Source of the DNA: a virus
Taxonomy: Duplodnaviria; Caudoviricetes
Strand: one strand, 5' to 3'
Virus record (IMG/VR): IMGVR_UViG_3300018413_000007
Coordinates: 14,364 to 78,363 of that record
Length of the DNA: 64,000 bases
Shown here: one piece after another, positions 47,501 through 57,100 of the stretch
Layout of the letters: each line of letters begins with the position of its first letter
Position numbering within the stretch: position 1 is the stretch's first letter
Translations under genes and position numbers: made by a program
Notes under the pieces: generated by a model
What the model was told of the DNA's origin: nothing
Database searches by the model: none
The model's input: the letters and a program-made list of their open reading frames with translations, nothing else

Positions 47501-50500
47501 GGTGAGGACAACGGTGAAATCACATTCGTCGTGCCTCCCAATGCACCGAGCCTGTTATATTATCAGTGTTCTACTCATGCGGCTATGGTCGGTAATATTA
47601 TTATCAGTGATCTTGGCCCGCAGGGTGTCCAAGGTCCTCAAGGTCCTCAAGGTCCTCAGGGTGAGGGCATTCAGGGAGCATCAGGTGGATTCGGTGGTGT
47701 CACATTTGACTATACATTCGACACGACAACCTCGACCTATCCTCCGTTTGGAAGTTACGATGGCTTAATTCGCTACAATAATGCCACACCATCTGCCGCA
47801 ACTCAGATATTCATTCGTGAAATTGATGACTACGGTGTGAGCATCGAGGCCTACTTGAGAACAATTGATGATTCAACATCAGCCATCAAGGGCCACGTAA
47901 AGGTCACGAAGAAATCAGATCCCGCGATATTCCATATCTACACGATCTCGGGTTCTACTGAAAATAATGAGACCCATACCATTGATGTTTCATATCTAAA
48001 TGGTAACGGAACCTTTGTCAACTCAGAAGATGTAACAGTAACATTTGCTCGAACTGGCGATTCCGGTGACGAAGGTGCTCAAGGAACTCAAGGTATTCAG
48101 GGTGATCAGGGAACAGATGGCTTCCAAGGTGATGTAGGTTTCCAAGGTGCTGATGGTGCTGGTTCTCAAGGAACTCAAGGTATCCAAGGCAACCAAGGTC
48201 AGGCTGGTATTGGTGCTCAGGGAACACAGGGTATTCAAGGCTACAGAGGAGAAGATGGCAACCAAGGTTTTGCTGGATTCCAAGGCCCCGGCGGAACAGG
48301 TCCTCAAGGTATTCAAGGTAATCAAGGTACCGATGCTCAGGGCATTCAAGGTAATGATGGTCAGGCTGGTGCTTCTGCTGGATTTAAATTCGCCTTTGAT
48401 TCAGGCACTGCTCAGTCAGACCCAGGTACTGGTAATTTCAGACTGAATAATGGTACTCAGAATGCAGCTACTGCAATCTATATCAACAACGCTAGTGCTG
48501 ACGCAGGTAATCCGACGGTTGATGGCTGGTTAAATTCATTCGGTGCTAGTACAAGTAACCCCAAAGGTTACATTGTTATTAAGGGCACCGATAATAACGC
48601 GACTCCAGATTTTGCTGAATTCTATATCTGGCCAGTCACAGCTGTTATCAATCAAACAACTTATGTTGAATTGACATTATCAACACTGATAGATGAAGGA
48701 ACACAATCATTCACTGCTGGGGATGAGTGTTTCTTAGAATTCTTTAGAACTGGTGATGCTGCTCAGGGAACATTGGGTTCTCAAGGTGCACAAGGTTTTG
48801 CCGGTCAGGTTGGTACTCCAGGTACACAGGGAGCTCAGGGAACCCAGGGTACACAAGGTATTCAAGGATTCCAAGGTACAGATGGTATCGGTGGATCAGG
48901 TGTTCAGGGTATTCAAGGTATTCAGGGTCACCAGGGTGATACAGGAACTGGTGCTCCAGGGCCTCAAGGTATTCAAGGTACCCAAGGTGAATTTGGTGCA
49001 CAGGGTGGCCCAGGTGCTGGTGCTCCTGGCGCGCAAGGTGCTCAAGGTATTCAAGGCTTCCAAGGTATTATCGGCCCAGAAGGTGGCGGTGGTGACCCAG
49101 GTATTCAGGGTGATACTGGTATACAAGGTACCCAGGGCCCATTTGGTATAGGCCAAGATGGTGTTCAGGGCCCAGAAGGTCCACAAGGTCCAGTTGGAAC
49201 ACAGGGTCTCGATGGAGATGGTGGTGCTGAAGGTGCACAGGGCCCAAGAGGATTCCAAGGTATCAGAGGTGATGATGGATTCCAAGGCCCGTCTGGTGCT
49301 GGTACGCCGGGTGCACAGGGTGGTGATGGCCCACAGGGTCCCGCTGGTCTTCAGGGTAATGGTATTCAAGGTCCAACCGGTGAAGGTGCTCAGGGCCCAT
49401 CCGGTCCACCGGGTGGTCCAGGCCCACAGGGAGACATTGGTTTCCAAGGTGAGGATGGTGCTCAAGGAAATCCAGGTGGAGATGGTGCTCAAGGGCCAAA
49501 TGGTTTCCAAGGGCCCGTAGGGTCTGGTGCTCAGGGTACCGATGGATCACAAGGTGCTGATGGAGGTCCGGGTCCACAAGGTACCACTGGTACAGGTTTG
49601 CCGGGCTCACAAGGTCCTACTGGTACTGATGGTATTCAGGGGCCAACAGGTTCAGGTACTGCTCCATCAGCATTATCAGGCGCACCTCTAGCAATAAGAA
49701 ATAACTCTCAACCTGTCTTGGTCTATGATGGTTCTACAACGTACTACACAAGTTCATCACTTGGATGGACTGATGCCACGGGTTCACTAACAGCAGCAAA
49801 TGCAAATCTGGGCACTGGTGCAATCACTGTCTTGACCACTGGTTCCCCATATGAGGTTGCATTCACAGGAGATGTAGACTTTTCTGGAGCCACGGTTACT
49901 GGTCTACCTGGTGGTGCAACTGGTTGGGATGGTACAACAAACCTAACAACTACAAACGTATTCCTCAGATTCGCTGATAATGCAGATCTCCAATTTGGTA
50001 ACTCAGCAGATATCAGTATTGAATATCAGTCAACTGATGAATTATTAATATCTTCTGTAGGTTCAGATACAAATAAAGATATCACAATTAGGAATTCTTC
50101 TACCACGGTACTATCTCGATGGGAATTTGATACAAGTGAATTCTTCTTCGAAAGATTTGGTCCTCTAGGTGCCGTCGATACCGATAATGAAAGAATTCTA
50201 TTTTATGGTGATGTTTTGGTTGGTGTCCCAATGTTATATCTCGAAACCGGGTTTGGGACGCAGAATGACACATGGGTTGTTACTCCAGGCGAATTCACTA
50301 CCTTTAATCAACAACTCGATATTAATGGTAATGATATAGAGTGCGACGATGGAGATATCATCGTTAGAAACTCTTCCAATTCGATTGTTGCCTACATGGA
50401 GAAAACTGGCGTTGTATATGCAGGTACTAACTTTGTTTCTGCTTCCGACGCGAGATTGAAAGAGAATGTAATTACCGTTGATAGTGCCCTAGATAAGGTG

Positions 50501-50737
50501 ATGAAGCTAAGAGGTGTGTACTTCAACCGAATTGACGATGAGTCTAAAACTCGAAAGCTTGGTGTGATCGCTCAGGAAACCCTTGAGGTATTACCAGAAG
50601 TCGTCACTGGTTCAGAAGACAATACCTACGCAGTAGAATATGGAAACATGGCTGGTCTATTCATTGAGGCTATCAAAGATCTCAAGGCAGAGGTAGACGC
50701 TCTTAAAGCAGAGATTGCCGAACTTAAAAATAAATAG
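44585..50737 (+). CDS. Collagen-like fibre (Gly-X-Gln) with five repeated globular domains, a cupredoxin-like domain and a C-terminal S74 chaperone
   Basis: Long G-X-Y tracts; GHPFYIK...YYQCSTHAAM; SDARLKENV..VDSALDKVMKLRGV...GVIAQE. Confidence 0.88.
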   Translation: MPEQFRTISGKNKTIGQGIPQAFPIQLDPAPFEGAIVYADDGTLKYSDGVQWLDLGTGPQGVQGLQGLQGDQGTQGEYGPGFTIIGSVADVNSTGDPQALLNATFPGANIGEGVIDDLLDELWIYDGTNWVNIGSFRGVQGFQGIQGDQGVQGQLGEEGIQGSRGFIGLQGPQGVQGDLGIQGPIGFQGIQGFIGPQGSQGTQGDLGIQGDVGPQGIQGPQGTQGIQGIQGIQGPQGFLGPQGLQGDQGIQGNQGLQGNTGPQGIQGPQGTQGFQGPQGTQGLQGNTGPQGIQGFQGTDAIGTQGPTGIQGNTGPQGIQGNQGTQGNQGIQGFQGLQGNQGPQGTQGIQGDQGVQGLQGNTGPQGISGPQGIQGDLGIQGGTGAGGAQGAQGTQGNQGIQGNLGNQGVEGWAGGLSFYWEFSTNTTGGQFPGLNTWYLNNSNVTLATEMWIDDLAGSGRRIDELFNYLDAITSSPKGQIIIRSARESNGTYQYIIYEYTNWTWSVTGTGSDWGNFDINFIERSELEGTDAFPGTSWNAGAVVPTGDATASITFIPAGNQGAQGLQGFSGTQGTVGTGLPPFSFLYNYNTAQTTASDPGQTFFKTDSNFLSGTPEMYIDDRDVGLSNGIEAVLGYMSQLPSAPYGSLILSNANTASGDINTWFLVNGITDNTSWWTLDLEWESGSTDQTGQVSTYGPESVLTFIPSSPGLQGVQGPQGAQGLGGNTGAIGPMGGLSWEYNYVNTNTTASDPSFGNLKFNNALLASATALYIDDLDVYNQVFDTIIPALNGVNNTPKGYLTIVSKGFRGYYAKFSYTAFADQTGWWTINVQFESGDSDWTSIIAAEGNGVYITFQPTGDEGIQGDTGLQGATGSQGADGSEGNQGTQGIQGPQGNTGIQGVQGQIGSDGARIYQITNNGNTDYVVDGIGGNPDIILIRGFTYKFQINASGHPFYIKTDPGTGTGDQYNTGVTNNGEDNGEITFVVPPNAPSLLYYQCSTHAAMVGNIIISDLGPQGVQGPQGPQGPQGEGIQGASGGFGGVTFDYTFDTTTSTYPPFGSYDGLIRYNNATPSAATQIFIREIDDYGVSIEAYLRTIDDSTSAIKGHVKVTKKSDPAIFHIYTISGSTENNETHTIDVSYLNGNGTFVNSEDVTVTFARTGDSGDEGAQGTQGIQGDQGTDGFQGDVGFQGADGAGSQGTQGIQGNQGQAGIGAQGTQGIQGYRGEDGNQGFAGFQGPGGTGPQGIQGNQGTDAQGIQGNDGQAGASAGFKFAFDSGTAQSDPGTGNFRLNNGTQNAATAIYINNASADAGNPTVDGWLNSFGASTSNPKGYIVIKGTDNNATPDFAEFYIWPVTAVINQTTYVELTLSTLIDEGTQSFTAGDECFLEFFRTGDAAQGTLGSQGAQGFAGQVGTPGTQGAQGTQGTQGIQGFQGTDGIGGSGVQGIQGIQGHQGDTGTGAPGPQGIQGTQGEFGAQGGPGAGAPGAQGAQGIQGFQGIIGPEGGGGDPGIQGDTGIQGTQGPFGIGQDGVQGPEGPQGPVGTQGLDGDGGAEGAQGPRGFQGIRGDDGFQGPSGAGTPGAQGGDGPQGPAGLQGNGIQGPTGEGAQGPSGPPGGPGPQGDIGFQGEDGAQGNPGGDGAQGPNGFQGPVGSGAQGTDGSQGADGGPGPQGTTGTGLPGSQGPTGTDGIQGPTGSGTAPSALSGAPLAIRNNSQPVLVYDGSTTYYTSSSLGWTDATGSLTAANANLGTGAITVLTTGSPYEVAFTGDVDFSGATVTGLPGGATGWDGTTNLTTTNVFLRFADNADLQFGNSADISIEYQSTDELLISSVGSDTNKDITIRNSSTTVLSRWEFDTSEFFFERFGPLGAVDTDNERILFYGDVLVGVPMLYLETGFGTQNDTWVVTPGEFTTFNQQLDINGNDIECDDGDIIVRNSSNSIVAYMEKTGVVYAGTNFVSASDARLKENVITVDSALDKVMKLRGVYFNRIDDESKTRKLGVIAQETLEVLPEVVTGSEDNTYAVEYGNMAGLFIEAIKDLKAEVDALKAEIAELKNK
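44996..45823 (+). repeat. Proximal long collagen tract (about 276 aa, mostly G-X-Q)
   Basis: QGIQGPQG-type triplets; the unit G(L/I)QGNTGPQG recurs four times. Confidence 0.9.
48763..49665 (+). repeat. Distal long collagen tract (about 300 aa) with repeated G-X-G interruptions
   Basis: Triplet parse shows nine G-X-G interruptions. Confidence 0.85.
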
Positions 50738-50738
50738 G

Positions 50739-50766
50739 TAGACCCACCTACATTTTAGGTGGGCTA
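50739..50766. terminator. Hairpin after the collagen gene (putative terminator)
   Basis: CCCACCTA (50743-50750) / TAGGTGGG (50756-50763), an 8-bp stem with a 5-nt loop; weak U-tract. Confidence 0.55.
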
Positions 50767-50784
50767 TTGCCTCTTTCTGGCATT

Positions 50785-50792
50785 TATAAATA
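50785..50792 (+). promoter_or_regulatory. T4 late promoter TATAAATA
   Basis: Exact consensus 22 nt upstream of the 50815 ATG. Confidence 0.85.
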
Positions 50793-50814
50793 GAACTAAA
50801 AGAGATTTATTTCC

Positions 50815-51150
50815 ATGGCCTCCAGAGCTAACGTATATATCGATCAAGGGACAGACTTCCGAATCACAATCGGACTTTCTGACGATGACGGTCAGGCTCT
50901 TCCTATAGATACCTATGACTTTTTTGGCGCGATCAGGAAAATATATTCTACATCAAAGATTGCCGACTTTATTATTGAAAAGGATGTGCCAAACAGCGCA
51001 ATCACCTTAGTGTTAACCGACGCCGTGACTGATCCTTTAAAGCCAGGCAAATACCAATACGACGTCTTAATGAGAAAAACATCAGGAGAGATATCAAAAG
51101 TAGTTGAAGGCTTGGCAATCATAGTCCCGACTATTTCCGAGGTCATATAA
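50815..51150 (+). CDS. Small virion structural protein (BppU/LtfC-like adaptor)
   Basis: ANVYIDQGTDF...D.DG.AL....Y...G.IRK...ITL.LT...T..LKPGKYQYDVL...KVVEG.A. Confidence 0.7.
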   Translation: MASRANVYIDQGTDFRITIGLSDDDGQALPIDTYDFFGAIRKIYSTSKIADFIIEKDVPNSAITLVLTDAVTDPLKPGKYQYDVLMRKTSGEISKVVEGLAIIVPTISEVI

Positions 51151-51151
51151 C

Positions 51152-54100
51152 ATGGCCGATATCAACGTCACGATCAACCCTTCACAGACGGTCGAGACTT
51201 CCACTTCACCAACTCAGGATAAGGTCACTGTAAAGACAACTGGGAATCTTCAGGTTCAGGTTGGCGGTGATCGAACGATTCGTGGTGTTCCTAAGGCTTC
51301 TGAAACAAGACCTTTGGTGACATCTGGTGAGAAGAAGCCAGTAATCGTACCTGATTCTGTTGTTCTTGGCGTTGATACTATTGGGCCCTATATCCAAAGG
51401 ATTGATGGTGGGCCGGGAATCATTGTATTCCCCGAAGATGACATCGAGTCAGCAAATGTAGTCATCTCCCATGCCAATACTACCACGGCTACGAGTACGA
51501 ATTACTCGAATGGAACTTTCCTTTCTAATATTGAGATTGACCAGTTTGGTCATATTACAGGTTTTGAGGCAAATAATGTAATTGATTTTGCTTCTAGGTT
51601 AGAAACTGGTAGGACTGTTAATCTTGCAGGTGTGATCTCTGGTAATACCGTCTTCGACGGGTCTGGTGATATCACTATAAATACATCATCGATTGATTTC
51701 TCAATCGGTAATACAAGCCTGACCCTGGGTGAATCTACAGATGTATTGGAAGACCTTACTTCTATTTCTGTAGGTAATCTTGAATTATCCACTAATACCC
51801 TTAGTTCCGATAATGGGATTATAACACTTTCTAGCACACTTGTCAACCTTTCTGGCGCAAATTTACAAAATATTTCTTTACCTGTCCTAGGTACAGATGC
51901 TGCCAATAAGAATTATGTCGATGCCCAGATTGATATCTTAGAACAAGATCTCTTAGATGTTTCTGATCCAGTAGACCCAACCGATCCTGCCAACAAGCAA
52001 TACGTAGACAATCTTGTTCAAGTCTCTGCTGGTAAAAATATTGTACTTGCAGCCACTACGGCTGACCTAGGAGCTACTGCGAACACTGCAGCTGGTACAT
52101 TGACTCTTCCGGCCGCGCCTGGTCTTGGTATCGATGATGTTCAATTATGGAGCCTTGGTTCTAATTTACTGGTCAAAGATCAAACCGAATCAGCCGAAAA
52201 TGGCATCTATTCTCTTACCCAGGTAGGAGACAATTCTACTGAATGGGTCTTCACCAGACAAATTTTTGGTGATGAATCGAATGAATTGCCTGGATCTTTT
52301 GTTGTCGTATCAGACGGGACAGCGAATAGAGATACAGGTTGGATTGCAAGTGTAGATAATGCTGAGATATTCACGATTGGAACCGATCCAGTCACGTTTA
52401 CGCAATTTGCAGGAGAAGGTTCTTTCAATGCCGGAGATGGACTCAGTCTGGCAAATACAATCTTTTCTGTCAACGTCGATGATGAAACATTAGAAATAGC
52501 AAATAATGTTCTTCAAGTTAAGGCAGGTGGTATCTCACCCGATCTATTGGCTAATTCGTCCTTCACCATAGGCACGACAGAAATCAATCTAGGTGATACC
52601 GTACCAGAGATTAGAAATCTTGATCTCTTAGAGGTTGCCGAGATCGATGGTATCAACAATAGGCTTACGCTTGACGCCACAGTAATTTACTCTGAAAGCA
52701 CCGGTGGACTTGTTATCCCAACGGGTACATCGATTCAACGTCCTCCGCCCGAACAAGGAATGATTCGGTATAATCAAACCGACCAGAGATTCGAAGCATA
52801 TAATGGTCTTGCTTGGACAGGCCTTGGTGGAGTCGTAGATGTCGACCAAGATACAAGGATACAAGCAGAATCTGCGCCAGGGGCCGATAACGATCAACTA
52901 CAATTCTTTACCCAGGGTGTGCAAAGATTAATTATCAATGCCGATGGTAACATTGAATACGGTGATAATTCAGATAAGTTTACTCTTGATTACGCTACAG
53001 GCGACGTCCAGATCGCAGGTAATCTTGGTGTAGACGGAGATATTACACTAGGTGGTAATATTCGAATTGGTGATCAAGACGTTGATACGATCGAGGTAAT
53101 CGCTGACTTCACAAGTAATCTCGTACCAAATGATGATGATACCTACAATATAGGTTCGTCGACAAAGAATTGGGCTCGTGTCTATACCAACGTAATCGAT
53201 AATAATACGGAAATTGTTAACTTTGATATCTCAGGGGCTATCATTGTCCCAGTAGGTAATTCATCTCAGAGGCCTACCGTACCAGAAGCTGGTATGATTC
53301 GATACAATACGAACGATACCCGATTCGAAGGATATGATGGAGCCCAGTGGGCAGGTCTTGCTGGTGCAGTAATTGATGTCGACCAAGACACAAGGATCAT
53401 AGCAGAATCAGGACCAAACGCGGATAATGATCAGCTTCAATTCTTCACGCGAGGAGTTCAAAGATTAGAGATCACTGAACAAGGTAATTTCCTATTCGGT
53501 GATAATTTAAATCAGGTAACGATCAACGGAAGTTCTGGTCTCGTGACCATGAATGGATCTCTTCGCGTTGACGACCTATTCATCTTGAATGATACCATAT
53601 CGTCTGATACTCCACAGATTACTTTTAATGATATCAAATTAACAGGAGTGGCTAATCCCACCTCGAATACTGATGTCGTTACTTACGATTACCTAGAGAA
53701 TGGTTCTTTCTCTCGCTTCATTCAAATCAATGATGGAGCAAATACATTCAATTTGGATATTATTAATGACATTCCCAAATTGTCTGTCAACGAGGGAATG
53801 CAAGCACAATTTGCCAATAACGAATTTAGTTGGGGCCTTGCAAATACCGCTGTTGATCCAGATGTCTATGGACGTGAGGGATTCATTCCTCAGCTTACTG
53901 TTGACGCTCAGGGACGAATTACCACAGCCCTAGATATTCCTATTGCGTTCTCTGCAAATACAGTTGTGGATTTGACTGAGACGGTACAAGATATTGCCGG
54001 CCAGATGTGGGAGTTCACTACCAAGGAAGGCGTCGAGGTCATCTACAACGATTCACCGACTGGAAATCCACCCGAAGATGGTAAAATGGAGATCTATGTC

Positions 54101-57100
54101 AGGAATTTTGTCGTTGATCTTCAGGGTGATGTGGTTGGTGCCAATACGGTAGTTCGTAATTCTAATACAGTAATTAATACTGCGATCACTGTTGATTACC
54201 TTGCTGGTGTTACGGCAAATAGTGGTATTGAGGTTGATCTAACTCCAGGCGTTGCAGCCTTTGCAGATATTCGGCACGCGAATACATCTAACATTGCAGA
54301 TGTGCTCAATGGCCCTGGTGTCGTTATTAATGATATCACATTTGACGAGTTTGGCCACGTTCAATCTGTAGTATCAGAAGACCTCAATGTCAATTTTGTA
54401 AACATCGAAGGGGATTCGATGACTGGACCTCTTACGGTTCCAAGTATCATCGATGCCAATAACTCTAGTTTCTTTGTCGACCCAGATTCACTCACCGTCC
54501 TACAGGATTTAGAATTACGTGGTGATTTGGATATCGATGGTGTATTCTTCTCGAATGGTTCTATAACAACGTCGGGCAGTATTACCGCCAACACTGGTAT
54601 CTCGATTACTGGCGGTGACATAGATATAACGGGGGACATCTTTGCGTCTCGGTATTATGATAAAGATAATATCACGTACTACCTAGATCCTGCATCGACA
54701 TCGATCCTCAATACCATAAATGCTGCAGGAAGTGTTACTGGCACACAGTTCATCGATGCGAATAATAACTCTTTCTATTTGGACCCGAACGGCTCATCTA
54801 ATCTTAACAACGTAACGGTACAAGGTAATTTTTCTGCTGGTCGATTTGTAGATGCACAAGATCCAAATTATTATGGTGATTTTGCAAGTATCTCTCGATT
54901 CAATGAGGCCATATTTGGATATGGTCTGACCTATTCGGGTGTACAGTTTACTGATAATAATGCCTCGACAGTATATCTTTATGGTGCTGGTGGTAAATTA
55001 GGATTCGTTAATAATTTCTTCCAGTACATGATGTATGTAGAAAAGGCTACTTCTAGTTTTCATGCTCCATTCTCTACCACGACTCCAATTGTTTATGATG
55101 CCGATGACACAGCATATTTCATAAACCCAAATGGTAACTCTGTTATCGCTTCTATCGATGTAGATACTCTTATCACAGCAGATCAACTGGAATTAGATAC
55201 CGATCTGACCATCGCGAATGATATGCAGATTACCTCTACGTCAATCAGTAGATCATTAGGTATTACATTAGACCCTGGCTTTAGTCATATATTCGTCAGT
55301 AATAAGCAGATCAGAAATCTGCAAGATCCTACTCTAGCCCAGGATGCTGCTACTAAATTCTATGTTGATGATCAGATATCAGGTGGTATCTCTAGTCTTG
55401 TAGGTGGTGAAGGTTTAACATATGATGCCAATACCTTCACATTCGATGTTAACGTTGATGATTCGACCATAGAGATTGTTTCAGACACCCTACGTGTTAA
55501 AGATTCAGGAATCACAAACGCAAAGATAGCAAATCCATTCATCACCATCGCCGGTGAATTTGGTACGGCCGATAATGTAGCCCTCGGTGAGACCCTCACA
55601 TTTACTGCCGGGGACGGTATCGATACTACCGTATCAAATAATGTCATCACGATAGCAGCCGAACAGGCAAATACATCAAATAAGGGTGTTGCATATTTCC
55701 ACTCTAATAATTTTAGTGTAGGAATCGGTGGTGGTGTATCGATCATCAAGGTCGATGGTCAGGACACGATAATACAATTAGAGAGAAATCTGGTCTCCAA
55801 TACGACCCCTGGGTGGACACCAGTACTTGAAGATCTCGAATTAGGTGAGGTTGTTGTTAATACGTATGAAGGCAAACTCTTCATAAAACAGCATGACCCA
55901 GATACTAATGCAAATACTCTCATCACATTTACTGCTGATCCTCAAGAATTACTTGATTTAATTTTGACGGTAGATGGTGCTGGATCTCAGCTAGATTCAG
56001 ACCTTCTTGATGGACAAGAGGGCGCGTATTATCTCGATTATAATAATTTCGTCAACGTACCTCCAGCAAGTTTAGATCTCACACTCACCGGTAAAGTAAC
56101 TGGCCAGGCATTTACCAATACTGGTATTATGACCGTCATCACAGAATTGGCCAATACCGGTGTTACTGCTAACACATACGGTTCATCTTCTCAGGTTCCT
56201 GTCCTTACCGTAGATGAGGATGGTCGAATCACTCTGGCAAATACTGCTCCGGTTGCTGGTGTATCAGATATAGAATGGTATTCTGCCAACAATACGCTAG
56301 TGACCCAGACGCAGGATGGATCTGTATTCTCTGTCCTTATTGATTCATTCGGTGCCGATGTAGGATTCGCTGATAGTGCAAAATTAACTTTTGGTGCTGA
56401 TGGTGATTTGGCAATTTTCCACACTGGAACGACCTCTATCATCGAAGATACGGGTACGGGTAATCTTGTCCTCAAGGGCAGTGATTTACAAATCAGAAGT
56501 TACTTTAATAATGAACCTTATCTTACTGCTACTGAAAATGGAAAGGTTACATTATATCACGATAACGTCGCAAGGATGGATACGACCAGTACTGGTATCC
56601 ATGTTTATGATGATATCATCGTCGATGGTTTGGTCGATGGCCGTGATATTGCTGCAGATGGTGCTCGTCTCGATCAATTAGAAGATGACATCACTGTCGA
56701 ATTAACAGGAAAGGTCACTGGATCGACCACCTCTAATACTGGCACGATCTCGATTGCAACAGAATTAGAAGATACTGGTGTCGTTGCCAATACATATGGA
56801 TCTTCATCCCAGGTTCCTGTTCTTACCATTGACGTAGATGGCAGAATCACAGTCGCGAATACATCACCCGTAGCTGGTATCGATGATATCACTTGGTCTT
56901 CTGCAAACAATACTCTGGTCACCCAAACACAAGATGGATCAGTCTATACAACGTTGATCGATCAGTTTGGAGCTGACGTAGGATTTGCTGACAACGCGAA
57001 ATTAAACTTTGGTGATGGTTCTGATCTGCAATTATTCCACAATGGCAACGATAGTGTAATTAATGACGCCGGTACAGGTGATCTCTTTATCAATTCCAAT

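Noticed and set aside
44939-49610. Many long antisense and alternate-frame ORFs over the collagen gene (e.g. 48896..49510, 45431..45802)
   Set aside because: Expected by-product of repetitive GGN-NNN-CAR codons that lack stops in other frames; low-complexity translations.
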